Part shown: piece by piece, positions 36,509 through 48,140 of the stretch
How the letters are laid out: every line of letters begins with the position of its first letter
Position numbering within the stretch: position 1 is the stretch's first letter
Assembly (NCBI GenBank): GCA_951406725.2
Contig: OX597822.1
Span: 19,034,001 to 19,098,000 of the forward strand
Source: Octopus vulgaris
Lineage: Eukaryota
Direction of reading: 5' to 3'
Length of the DNA stretch: 64,000 nt
Notes under the pieces: model-generated
What the model saw: the letters and a program-made list of their open reading frames with translations, nothing else
Database searches by the model: none
What the model was told of the DNA's origin: nothing
Program-made: the position numbers and the translations under genes

Positions 36509-37092
36509 TTACCCTGTGCGCATAAGCAAATGCAAGGTATTGCAATCAGTCATCATTCTGCTTGTCTGTGTGTCTGCGAAATTACTGGAAAATGGCTGAA
36601 TGAATTTCCACCATGTTTGACAGAAATACTCATCAGATGAGTAGCTCGAAATGATGAAAATTTGGTTTATCTTTAAAAATAAAAGAATTTTTTTAATTTA
36701 AAAAAATCAAACTTACAAATTTCCCAATAAGCAAGTGGTCATGTTATTTTGTTCACTTTCTTTTTCATATGTATCGACCCTTGTCTGCGTATGTATAGAT
36801 CACAGTGTACCTATGCACATAGACACATGTGTACATACATACATAAATACATACATAGATATGCGACTGTGTGTGTGTGCACAGTGATGGATTCAAGGGT
36901 TTCGTTTATTTATGAGTTGATTTCTTAATTTCACCAGAGTATAAATACCTATAATGGTGATATGAAAAAAAGACAACAAATTTATTCAGTTCAATTAAAA
37001 AACATGTATAAGCAATGCACTATTATCCACAATTTGTGAAAAAATATATCTGCACACAGGGTATGCATTGCCCCTCCGGTGCCTTTTTTTTT
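36509..37092 (+). mobile_element. Helentron-associated (HINE/DINE-1-like) non-autonomous element
   Basis: Asymmetric subterminal inverted repeat accctgtgcgca (36511) and tgcacacagggt (about 37051), internal tctg microsatellite, 3' GC hairpin gcattg..cggtgc followed by a T run. Confidence 0.55.
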
Positions 37093-37107
37093 CTCATTAT
37101 TATTAAT

Positions 37108-38352
37108 AAGGTGGTGAGCTGGCAGAATCATTAGTATGATCATCATCATCGTTTAACATCCGCTTTCCATGCTGGCAAGTGTTGGACGGTTTGACTGAAG
37201 ACTGGTGAGCCAGAGGCTGCACCAGGCTCAATCTGATCTGGCAAAGTTTCTACAGCTGGATGCCCTTCTTAACGCCAACCACTCCGAGAGGAGAAATGCT
37301 CAGTACCATTTCATCCATCTTTACATTCAATGTTCAAATTCCACTGAGGCTGATTTTGCTTTTTATCCTTTCAGGGTTGATAAATTAAGTAGCAGTGAAA
37401 ATCAAAATCAAATCAAGATTGAAATCAAAATGGAAATTGTAGTTGTGGCCAATGCCAGTGCCGCCTGACTGGTACCTGTGCTGGTTGCACATAATAAGCA
37501 CTATTCAAGCATGGGTCGATGCCAGTGCCACCTGACTGGCTCCCTGTGCCAGTGGCACATAAAAAGCACAATCTGAATGTGGTCGATGCCAATACCACCC
37601 CTCCTGACTGGCTCCTGTACCAGTGGTACATAAAAGGCACAATCCAAACATGGTAGATGCCGGTGCTGCTTGACTGGTTCCCATGCCAGTGGCATGTAAA
37701 AAGCACCCATTACACTCTTGGAGTGGTTGGTATTGGGAAGGGTATCCAGCTGTAGAAACCTTGCCAGATCAGATTGGAGCCTGACGCAGCCTACTGGCTT
37801 GCCAATCCCCAGTCAACTCATGCCAGCATGGAAAGCAGACGTTAAACGATGATGATGATGATGATGAAATCGATTAGTCCCCTCCCCCAAAATTTCAGAC
37901 CCAGTAGAAAGAATTATTATTATTAATAATAACATGGCAAGCTGGCAGAATTGTTAGCATACTGGACAAAATGCTATGCAGTATTTTGCCCATCACCACA
38001 GAGTTCAAATCCTGCTGAGGTCAACTTTGCCTTTCATCCTTTCAGAGTCAATAAATTAAGTACCAGTGAATCACTGGGTTCATGTAATTGACTAGTTTCC
38101 TCTCCTCAAACATCAGGCCTTGTTCCTATAGTAGAAAGGATTATTGGTGGCAGAATCATTAGCGCCCTGGGCAAAATGCTTAGCAGCATTTGGTCCATCT
38201 TTACGATCTGAGTTCAAATTCCGCCAAGGTCGACTTTGCCTTTCATCCTTTTGGAGTCAATAAATTAAGTGCCAATGAAACTCTAGGTTTCGTGTAATCA
38301 AGTGGCCCCCCTCCCCCAAAATTTCAAGCCTTGTGCCTTTAGTAGAAAGGAT
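37108..38352 (+). mobile_element. Nested SINE cluster: three family-2 tRNA SINEs, the first interrupted by RTE-tailed SINE pieces (37137-37290 minus; 37440-37866 plus, with about 60-bp tandem units)
   Basis: Heads gagctggcagaa/ggcagaatc at about 37116, 37940 and 38148; shared gcctttcatcctt body; the RTE-tailed copy has ggcacataaaaagcac units and a (gat)n tail. Confidence 0.85.
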
Positions 38353-38423
38353 TATTATTATTAATATTACTATTATCATCATCTCAGTATCTTTTCTCTT
38401 TCTTTTACTTTTATTTTGTTTAG

Positions 38424-38547
38424 AAGTGGCTCAAAGAAAAACAACTGGAAATTATATCCAGCAGTAATGCATGAAATGGCACGGGTTGCTAAGCTGAACA
38501 CTGGTCGGGCCTGTCTTCTTACCCAGGACAAAAAGTGCATGTTTAAG
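38424..38547 (+). CDS. THUMPD3: Internal coding exon of THUMP domain-containing protein 3 (tRNA guanine-N2 methyltransferase, C-terminal part of the methyltransferase domain)
   Basis: Polypyrimidine tract and ttag acceptor at 38390-38423, then 1 nt plus 41 open codons (SGSKKNNWKLYPAVMHEMARVAKLNTGRACLLTQDKKCMFK), then an AAG/gtaaga donor. The peptide closely matches my recollection of vertebrate THUMPD3 (MGSKKRNWNLYPACLREMSRVCTPTTGRAVLLTQDTKCFTK). It is absent from the ORF track because it is short. No neighbouring exons were found in the window. Confidence 0.92.
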
Positions 38548-38916
38548 GTAAGATTTTTGCTCTTTGCATAAATTAAAAAAATATAATTACATTACAATTG
38601 TCATAGAAACTATGTGCCATTCTGTTCATCTTGGTTTTACTATTTTATATTGTTGAATATCAGTCTTTCATCATACATCTATTGACCTGATCACTGACAT
38701 TCTTCTCCATCTTGCATAGAAGTTATATTTTCTTTTGTTTGTAGAATTGTTAGAGCATTGGAAATAACTTGTAATATTTCTCCTAACACTTGACATTATG
38801 AGTTCAAATCAAACTCAGCTCAGCTTTACCTTTGATTTTTTTGTGGGGTTAATAGCAGCGACTAATTCATCCCCCACCACACCAAAAATCAGTGACTCAC
38901 TGCTTAAATTAGAAAC

Positions 38917-38967
<51 letters not shown>

Positions 38968-39182
38968 AGATGGGGAGCTGGCAGAATCATTAGCACACCA
39001 GGCAAAATGCTTAGTGGCAGTTTGTCCATCTTTAGGTACTGAGTTCAAATTCTGCCAAGGTTGACCTTACCTGTCATCTTTTTGGCGTCGATAAAATAAG
39101 TACCGGTTGAACACTGGGGTCAATGTAATGAAGTCATCCCCTCCTCCAAAATTACTGCCCTTGCGGAAAAATTTGAAACCAT
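38968..39182 (+). mobile_element. tRNA-derived SINE, family 2, next to (ATT)n
   Basis: ggggagctggcagaatcattagcac..ctgagttcaaattctgcc..gataaaataagtacc; a decayed copy precedes it at about 38735-38917. Confidence 0.85.
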
Positions 39183-39525
39183 TATCATTCTTTTTATTAT
39201 TCAAATCTTTGTATTTCATTCTTCTAGAGTCTATGAACTAAAATACAAGTCAAGTGGTTTATTAAACTGATTAACACTCTAGCCATTAATTTCAGGCCTT
39301 TGGCCAATGTTAGAAGCAATGATCATTGTTGCTGTCAGCAATAACAATGGTGACAACAATGACCATTGCCTCCAACATTGGTGCCAGCGGCAGCAGTGAA
39401 CTCAGCTTTTCCATTACACTCCCATCAGACAGATCATAATAACTTGATTCTTTACTCTAAACGTTCAAGTTTATATAACTAGCATATGATGTCAAGACAA
39501 GGGGCTATGAACGCATACATACTCA

Positions 39526-39573
<48 letters not shown>

Positions 39574-39673
39574 TACACACATATACACATACACATCTAT
39601 ATCTTTCTCTCTTTTTCTCGCCCTCTCTCTCTCTATATAAAAACATATTAATACACACACACATATAAAATAT

Positions 39674-39979
39674 TCTATAATTATATACATAATAATAATC
39701 AGGGGTCAGCTAAGTGCCTCGCCATGTACTGAATTAGAAATAGACGCTAATGTCTTTTCAACTACCATAAAAATCTCTGAGACAATAACACACTTTTTTT
39801 ATGTAGGTAAAAAGAAAAATGATGAATCCACACAGCTTCGGTTAATCACAGATGCATTTCGAACTTAAAGTCTTGGAGATTTTTATGGTAGTTGAAAAGA
39901 CATTAGTGTGTATTTCTAATTCAGTACATGGCAAGGCACTTAGCTGACCCCTGATTATAATTATGTATATAATTATAGA
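39674..39979. repeat. Long inverted repeat (arms about 110 bp, spacer about 86 bp)
   Basis: 39674-39783 is the near-perfect reverse complement of 39870-39979 (aatcaggggtcagctaagtgcc / ggcacttagctgacccctgatt). Confidence 0.93.
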
Positions 39980-40119
39980 TTATTTTGTATAATTTACCTA
40001 AAAAACGTACTGACTACTTGGTAAAATTATTAATTGATTAATTTTACCTTATATTATTATTATATATATATGTACCCCACTCTGGTGGTTTCTAAGGAAG
40101 CTAGAAGGAGAGGAGTGGG

Positions 40120-41030
40120 CATACAAGCCATGTACAGTGGTGCTGTCAGTAAGGTGAGAGTCAGCCATGAATACAGGTAGGGCTTCACCAGGGTTCAGTT
40201 CTTAGTCCACTCCTATTCATCATAGTCCTCCAGGCCATATCAAAGGAATTCAATAGTGGATGTCCATGGGAATTACTATACATTGGCAACCTCGTACTTA
40301 TTGCAGAACCTGTAGCAGAATTGGAGAAGAACTTCCAGGTACAGAAGCAAAACCTAGAATCAAAGGGCCTAGCAAAGACCAAAGTTGTTAACCTAGTTAA
40401 CCTAGCAAAGACCAAAGTTGTTGTGGGCAAGAAAACAGTTAAGACTCTCTATCAGGTAAATGGCCCTATTCAGTATGCAGGAAAGGAGTGGGACATAATT
40501 CCATTCACTGCATCCAATGTAAGCTACGGACACATAAGAGATGCAGTGGAATCACAGGTAGATTAATAGATGTCATCTTTGTGTGTGGCAGTTGTTCAGG
40601 AACAATAAGCACATGGGACTTAGACTCTCTGAAATGTCCAGGAGGCTGTCTTGAGGTAGTAGATAGTTTCTGTTACCTAGGTGACCAAATTAGCAAGAAG
40701 AGTGGATGCTCTGAAAGTATTGTTTCTACAATAAGAATTGGGTGGAGGAAGTTCAGAGAGCTAATACCTCTGTTGGTAACAAAAGGACTCTCTCTCAGAG
40801 GTGAAGGGCAGGTTGCATGATGCTTGTGTACAAACGGCTATACTCCATGGGCTCTGAATGCAGAAGACATGTGTAGACTAGAGAGGAATGAAAGCAGTAT
40901 GCTGCAGTGGATGAGCAGCATCAGTGTGCATGAACAAAGTGCAAATGCAATGATAGTGCCTGGCCAGCTCCTGTCAAAGCATCCAACCCATGCCAGCATG
41001 GAAGGTGGATATTAAACGATGATGATGATA
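40120..41030 (+). mobile_element. Degenerate RTE LINE fragment with (GAT)n tail
   Basis: HQGSVLSPLLFIIVL, NSIHCIQC..HKRCSGI..C..C, LEVVDSFCYLGD; homologous to 400-1200. Confidence 0.88.
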
Positions 41031-41479
41031 TATATATTACTTATGTTCATATATATATATCATTTGGAGTTGATGAAGTTCTGTGTGTTTCTATCTCTAA
41101 CACTATTTTGATACATATGAATTAATTATTGAGAGTTATTCAATTTAATATCCTTAATTTGAATGTCTCATTCCCATGGCACTGAAATTGATATTCCCTA
41201 ATTATTCTAATAATGTCACATGACAGTATATTTTGCATCTAACACACCTAAAAGGAAAGGTGACACAACTGAGTGAACATGTTTATTTATAACCAAGGTA
41301 CTCCAAATTTAAACTATCTGGTGGGAGATGGAACAGGAGTCGTTTGTAAGTAGTCCAGTGGCTAAAATTTAGGTTGTTAGCTGTGTGGCTTCCTCATGAT
41401 AAGTGGCACAATGAATTTTGCGTGTCTGAATAGTTATTTGTGAATGTATTCTGTTAAAGTTTCTTAAGTCTTGGTTTGT

Positions 41480-42005
41480 ACTTTTGTATCTAAGTATTTT
41501 CTTTGTTTATCCATGTTTCATCTGTGGTATTTGCTGAACATAGGTAGAGTGGGAAGACCTGGAATTTAGGGGACTTAGTTTTGCATATATGACCACTCAG
41601 TGAAATCTGTCTAGTATTGGGGTCTCATATTTGTTGTCAGTGAATGATCAGTCGGTTTCTTAGAGTAGGCTTTGTTTGGCCTATGTTTGACCTTCATTAC
41701 ATCCTTGACATTTGATAGTGTATATTAAATTCCATGAAGAACATGTAAAGTGATTTTTTAAAGTAAACATCTGTCCTGATTTGAATTTGTATGTTGAATT
41801 TGTAAATTCAAATCAGGACAGACTTTTGCTGTAAAATTTCATTTTATATGTTCTTCAAGGAATTTAATATATCCTATCAAATGTCAAGGATGTAATGAAG
41901 ATTACATAGGTCAAACAAAGCTTACTCTAAGAAATAGACTAACTATTGACCGACAATAAATACAAAACCCAAGAACTAGACAAATTCCACTGAGTAGTCA
42001 CATAG
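41480..42005. mobile_element. Two Penelope GIY-YIG fragments in head-to-head inverted orientation
   Basis: Plus strand 41807-41960 reads FKSGQTFAVKFHFICSSRNLIYPIKCQGCNEDYIGQTKLTLRNR; 41588-41790 is a diverged reverse complement of 41803-42004. Confidence 0.85.
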
Positions 42006-42247
42006 ACATCATCATCATCATCATCGTTTAACATCCGCTTTCCATGCTAGAGGGCTGGTGGTCTGGACGTGTGTATGTATGTATGATGTGATGTGTAATG
42101 TCGTATGGTGTAGTGTAGTGTGGTGTGATGTTGTGGAGAGGTGGGGGGCGAGAGTGGGGAAAGCCCATGTGGGGTGTGGGTTTAGCTGGGGGGTTGTGGT
42201 GAGAGGGGGAGAGAGGAGGGGAGGGGAGGATATATGTATATATATAT

Positions 42248-42495
42248 GCCAGTTCTGCTGGACTGGCTCCCATGCCGGTGGCACATAAAAAGCACCATTC
42301 AAGAGTGGTTGATGCCAGTACCGCATGACTGGCTCCTGTACCGGTGGCATGTAAAAAGCAACTACTACACTCTCAGAGCTGTAGAAACCTTGCCAGATCA
42401 GATTTGAAACTGGTGCAGTCTCCTGACTTGCCAATCCTCAGTCAAACTGTTCATCTCATGCCAGATGGAAAGTGGACATTAAATGATGATGATAT
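42248..42495 (+). mobile_element. RTE-tailed SINE
   Basis: Two ggtggcac/ggtggcat..aaaaagca units, gctgtagaaaccttgccagatcag core and (gat)n tail. Confidence 0.8.
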
Positions 42496-43379
42496 ATGTA
42501 TGTATGTGTACATATATATATACCCTGGGTATGACTTTCAACAGCATCTGGTAGTGGGACTCTGGTTCAAGAGTTCCAGGATGTTGAGCAGTGTGGAACC
42601 ACCCTTTAGCTACTATTGTTCTTTGGTCCACTGTGACTGTAGTGACACTTGTAAGGATACCAGTTATAGCTTAACTAACATATGAGCAGCGGGACATAAA
42701 AATAGTCGGGTTGGTGTCCCAGTGTCCCAATAATTACAAGTAACAAACCTGAACTTGCAGCCTGGGTTGAGTAACTATAGATCATTTAATAGTTCAGTGT
42801 AGGTATCTTCTTTTTCACTGATCTTTAGTTTTATGTTAACATCTGCTGGTCAGCTGATTTCCACAATTATACACAGTTTCTTTTCTCAATCCCAAATCAC
42901 TATCTCAGGTCATTTATGTTTACATTTTATTGAGATCTTCACTGGAACATTCCACCAGTTTGTCTTTTTATTATGAGTGGCTATGACTTGTACCATACTG
43001 TGGGTTCTTATTTCTTTGGCTTTGTAGTTATCCTTCTGATGAATCTCATTATAGAGAATTTTTACTACAATATCATGTCTTATCAACAATTTTGGACAAC
43101 TACTTGTGATGTGGGTGATCTCTTTGGTGCTAACTCTACAAATTCTGCATTGATTATCACATTTTGCTGCTTTTCCTTATCACATTTTGCTGCTTTCATG
43201 CATCAGGTATTTTGTTGATATTTTCTGTTAATGGATTGCAAACACATACCCTTCAAAGTGGGAGTTGGTAATCCGGTTGTTGGTCCATGATGGACTGTGC
43301 CAATGATCAATGTTACTATCATTCCAGAGCCTTTCACTAACATAGCCATGCATGATCTTCTGCTGGCATTTGCTTATCT

Positions 43380-44830
43380 TTTCATCTGATGGTTCATTGT
43401 GGTAGAATCATGCAACTTCTTTGGGCATGTATTTGAAGTTATCAGACAAAGAATGCTGCTCAAAGGGCTGCTTTCCAAGTTTCATGAGGTTATCAGCCTC
43501 ATATATGCAAACTTGGTCAAGGGATGTACTTGAACACTTGAAAGGCATTTTGGATCGATGTTAAGCTTCTGCCATCTTGTTTTGTTTTAGGTGGAGGCAG
43601 TTTACGTCACTGTTTATACAGAAATTGTGTGTACTAGTTAGTTTCTTCTGAGTTTTCGTATCAATGGCTCAGATCTCATCAAGCATCCAATCAAGCACCC
43701 CAAATGTTAGTATGAGTACTGGCACTGCAAACACAATGTGGGCCACTGTTTTATTGAAGAGAGTTCCAAGGTCCATATTTTCTTTATTTGGCTGTAATAT
43801 TCTTTAGTGGCACATGTTTTACAGTTGCCATTGTAAGATAGGTTTTCATCCACCCCTAGATACCTGTAGCATTCCTCATCAGATATAGGGAAAACAGTCA
43901 AGTCATTGATGGAGTTGTTGCTAGTCTGGTTTACAGTTTTCCCTCTCCTCACAACCATATAGCAACATTTATCCTCACCAAACTCCAACCCTATATCCTC
44001 TGATAATCCTGTAACCAGATCCAGGCTCCTTTTCATCTCATACATTCTTCGCATATAGTTTCAAGTGTGTAATTTTGTTATTTCTGTTTCCTAGTGAACC
44101 AGTGAGATACCCTCCAAACTTCCTTAACGTTAATGACAAAAGTTAATTACAGAAAGTAAACAGCATCAGAGAAAGGCTGTCCCCTTGGAATATTCCTCTT
44201 GTATTCTATCAGTGATAATACAATCACTCCGTGTATTTAACTTCAAGATGGTGGTCCACGATGAATTGCAGTCAGGTATGACTTTGGCTGTGCCCGCTGG
44301 AACGTTAACAAGTTGAAGGGTTTCTAGCATCCATAAGCGGGGAACAGAGTCAAAGACTTTCTTGCAGTCTAGCCACATTGAAACTTGCTTCTTCCTATGC
44401 TCTCACACCTCTGACATTACAGTTTTGCTCAACACATCCCCAGACTCCCTTCTTCTCAGCTGTTTGTTATGATGTTATTACTTTCACAGTGGTCTTCGAG
44501 GAAGAGTTTTAAACATGCTGTATATATATATATTTATACATTAAGTTCCTGCAATTGGCTGGTATTTTTTCACCATGTGGGTGGTTCTGCATTTAGGGAT
44601 CAGTTTTGTCTCTGTCAGAGCTAACCAGTGTGGTATGCTACTATTCCCATTGTGAGCTTGCTGATACAGATTGGTAGACATGGTCACTAGAAGGTTAGCT
44701 TCTTGTACTAGTATCCAGTTATCAAGTCTTTTCCAGGTGCTTTTCCACCCTGAAGTTTCTGGATTACAGTTACCATCAATGTTGTATCTCTTGGGTGAAA
44801 TGCAGGGACAATAACTTCTTCGAATTTTTG
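43380..44830 (-). mobile_element. Highly degenerate RLE-type (R4-like) LINE RT fragment
   Basis: YQPIA, WLDCKKVFDSVP, rgifqgdslS, DIGLEFGEDKC and YRYLGVDE fragments. Confidence 0.75.
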
Positions 44831-46869
44831 GTTTGTTAGTATGAATGTGTGTGTACGTGTGTGTGTCTATGTGTGTGCATGCATGTGCCTGCATGTATGT
44901 ATGTATGTAAAGCATTTGAAAAAAAGACACTTGATACTGTCACAATATTTGAAGAAATATTTTCTTAATATAAAAGTTGTTAATTAAATAAAAATTTTAG
45001 AAAAACAGGATGACACAAACCTTTTTCAAGGAAGTTTTTGTATTACAAATGCTTTCATTGCTAAGTTTCTCAAACACTCTTGTTATGGGATAATCTATAT
45101 ACGGGAAGTTGTTTATATTAATACTGTTCATTATTTCTCATTTGGTTTTGGATTTAGAATTCTTATGAAGTATTCTTCTTTTGGTTTTCATAGTGGATCA
45201 TTTTCTTTTATTTTGAAAAAGGGTAAGATTTTAAATTTACCATTTGCACAGATATGTGAATGATCCCTACATGGAATATCTCAAAGGAATAGTTATCTGG
45301 TTTGTTGTTTTATACACACAGGTTTCTTTCGGTTTTCATCTACCAAATCCAGTCCCAAGTTTTTGATCGGACTTTGGCTATAGTGGAAAACACTTGCACC
45401 AAGTTGTATTGCAGTGGGACTGAACCTGAAACCATTATAACTGGGAAATGAACTTCTAAATCACATGCCTATATCTTCCATATAATGATTATATGTTGTA
45501 TATAAATTCTACATTGCATGTAATGCAGAAATTAAGGAGGAAACCGATATATTATTATATATATTGATATTTCTGTGGATTTATTGATCATTAGCAGAAG
45601 TTTCAAGAAAGGTTCCATTTAAATATATTTTTAAAAAAACACAAAAAAGCAAAAGTAAATTAAAATGATAAAATAATTGAAAATAAAAAGGTGCAATTAT
45701 GATTTATTACAGCTATTTCCGCTCAATTTATCTAAGGTTATTATTAAAAGGGGATATATTATCCTTTATTTTCAACTTAATACTGTAACAGAGATGTCAG
45801 TGTTGTCTATTAAATAGCAATAAGCTTAAAGCAACCAATAAAGAGAGAGATTTTGTATTTGTTCAGGATACTTTATTAAATTAATGAAAACAAATTGAAG
45901 ATTGTTTCTTATTTTTAATTGCTCTCTGCCTAACTTTTTGTATTTATTCATTTATTTATTTAATTATCGAAAGTAAGTAAGCAAATATTTGGATTAGAAT
46001 TATGAAAATTTAGAAATAAAAACATTTCAAAATTATGCAACAAGGAATATCATTTGGTTGTTAATTTAATTGAAATAAATATTCATTATTTTTACATTTC
46101 CTATCATTAGTTCTAAGTATTTTGGGGTGGTTCTTTTTTCTGTTTACTTTCCTCTGTACATATGATTTATTTTTCTAATTTATTGGTTCCAAGTCAGTAG
46201 TTTATATGTTTTATGCTGTATAATGTTCTGGCAGAGTTTTGTGGGCTGAAGAGAAAGAGGAGAGTGTAGTGGGGTTCACAGTTACTTCTCATATTTAGCC
46301 TCTCATTAGTTGTATTGAAATGGTTCTTTATAAAGCTATTAGACATCACGACATTACCTACAACATATACTGAGATTTATAATTCTAGTCAAAGTTTTAA
46401 TAATACATATTTTCATAAAACATCTATTAGGACCTTAATGATACAAAAATATTTAATAAAAATAATGAATATCTCAAATAACTGAGATATGCTAGTTTAC
46501 AAAACCTAAACTAACAACATCACCTCATGTTAAATCAAAGTATATTTTTCACTCAAGGATTTATTAATTTCTTTTCCATAGTTATGAGAAGTTATTAGCA
46601 TGTCATTTATTTTATTTTATTTTGTTTTTTTACCAAATTAAGTTTTGGTTTCAGTATGCTGATAAAAAAAACAACATATTTTTGGTCTACATAATTGATT
46701 TTGGCCTCCTTTCTAATGTAATTAACTAGAATAGTAGTCATTGAGAGTCTGAACTAATGAGAGAAGAGTTTATGGACAATCTTTGTATACTGTTCATAAA
46801 GTAAATTTAAACATTGTAGGTGGCTGGAGTCCTCAGACTGTTGAATGCTCTTGTTGCTGTATTTCTCTT

Positions 46870-47057
46870 GAAATACACTGCTTTTGTCTCAATTAATTTT
46901 GAAAATCATGAAGAATTTTGTGAAATTACTTTGCCATAATAAATCTGGTGTTTGGAACATAATTTAAAATAAAAATTTTAATTTGGATTACTTTAAAGCA
47001 TGACATTTGTATCATGCATCCACAGTAGTCTAGGGTGGGCTAGTAATAAAAGGGTTA
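46870..47057 (+). mobile_element. Probable end of a piggyBac-like MITE
   Basis: Terminates in aaaagggTTAA, a piggyBac-type terminus; no partner end found. Confidence 0.3.
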
Positions 47058-47445
47058 AAAATATAATTCATTTCCTGTCTCTAGTACTATGTAGCATTGA
47101 GGGCCAGATTATTTAACACTGACTGGCTCAATCCATCTGGCTGTAAATCAGCAAACTTTATTTGGCAGAGCTTATTCCTTTCTAATCATATCAGGAAAAT
47201 TTTATCTCAACTCTGCAGGCTGAGAAAACATTACAGCACTAAACTGTGTACTGTTTCAGGTATCTATTTATTATCAGTTACCTGGGTACATTGAGAAATA
47301 AGCGTCTCCTTTTTAAATTAAAATTTTATGTCCTGAATTTTGTGAATCATAGTTATAGATTTCTGTTTAACCATTCATTGATTCATTCCATTTCTAATGG
47401 TGAGACTGACAGAATGTGTCTGTCCAACTTGACAAAATAAATACC

Positions 47446-47680
47446 ATCATCATTTAATGTCTGTTTTCCATGCTGGCATAAGTTGGACAGCTTGACAGGA
47501 GCTGGCAAGGCAAGGGGCCACATCAGGTTCCAGAGTCTATTTTGGCTTCATTTCTACAGCTGGACTCCCTTCTTAATGCCAACCACTTCACTGATTGTAC
47601 TAGGTGCATTTTATATGGCACCATTAATCAGTGCTTCTTACATGGTGCTAGCACCAGCACTTTTTATGTGGCACCTTGAT
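47446..47680 (-). mobile_element. RTE-tailed SINE
   Basis: catcatcatttaatgtctgttttccatgctggc ... ctacagctggactcccttcttaatgccaaccac is the reverse complement of the family core. Confidence 0.8.
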
Positions 47681-48095
47681 TTTAGGATATGAACAAGGCA
47701 TTTTTTTAATGTACCAGTTTATGTTTTTGCTCTTCAAAGTACACATCTTTTGGCGGTTCACTTTCTCATATTTGCATGGGTTAGATGAGTATTCTCCCAC
47801 ATTGCATCTTACTGCACTTTGCAGTCATTTTATTATATCCTTTTAGAGGTTCATTATTGAGTCTGTGATCAAATAGCATTGATTTTTACCCCACATCTTC
47901 CTCTCCTTCATGTCCCATCTAGTTGGTTTATCTGGCATTTCTTTACCCGCCTGTCACCCTTTACTGTTAATTTGGTCACTTAAGTAACATATTAACTACT
48001 TCTAAGAGTCCTCCAAACAATTAAAAGAATATAATTTATTAGTGCTCGTACTGCTAAATACTTCTTCTCATCTATTATATATGAAGTCACACACA

Positions 48096-48136
<41 letters not shown>

Positions 48137-48140
48137 TAGA

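Noticed and set aside
45158-45227. Exon-like segment (ttag ... G/gtaag) as a possible next THUMPD3 exon
   Set aside because: Stop codons in all three frames and no similarity to the expected C-terminal peptide. A non-coding or poison exon cannot be excluded without RNA-seq.
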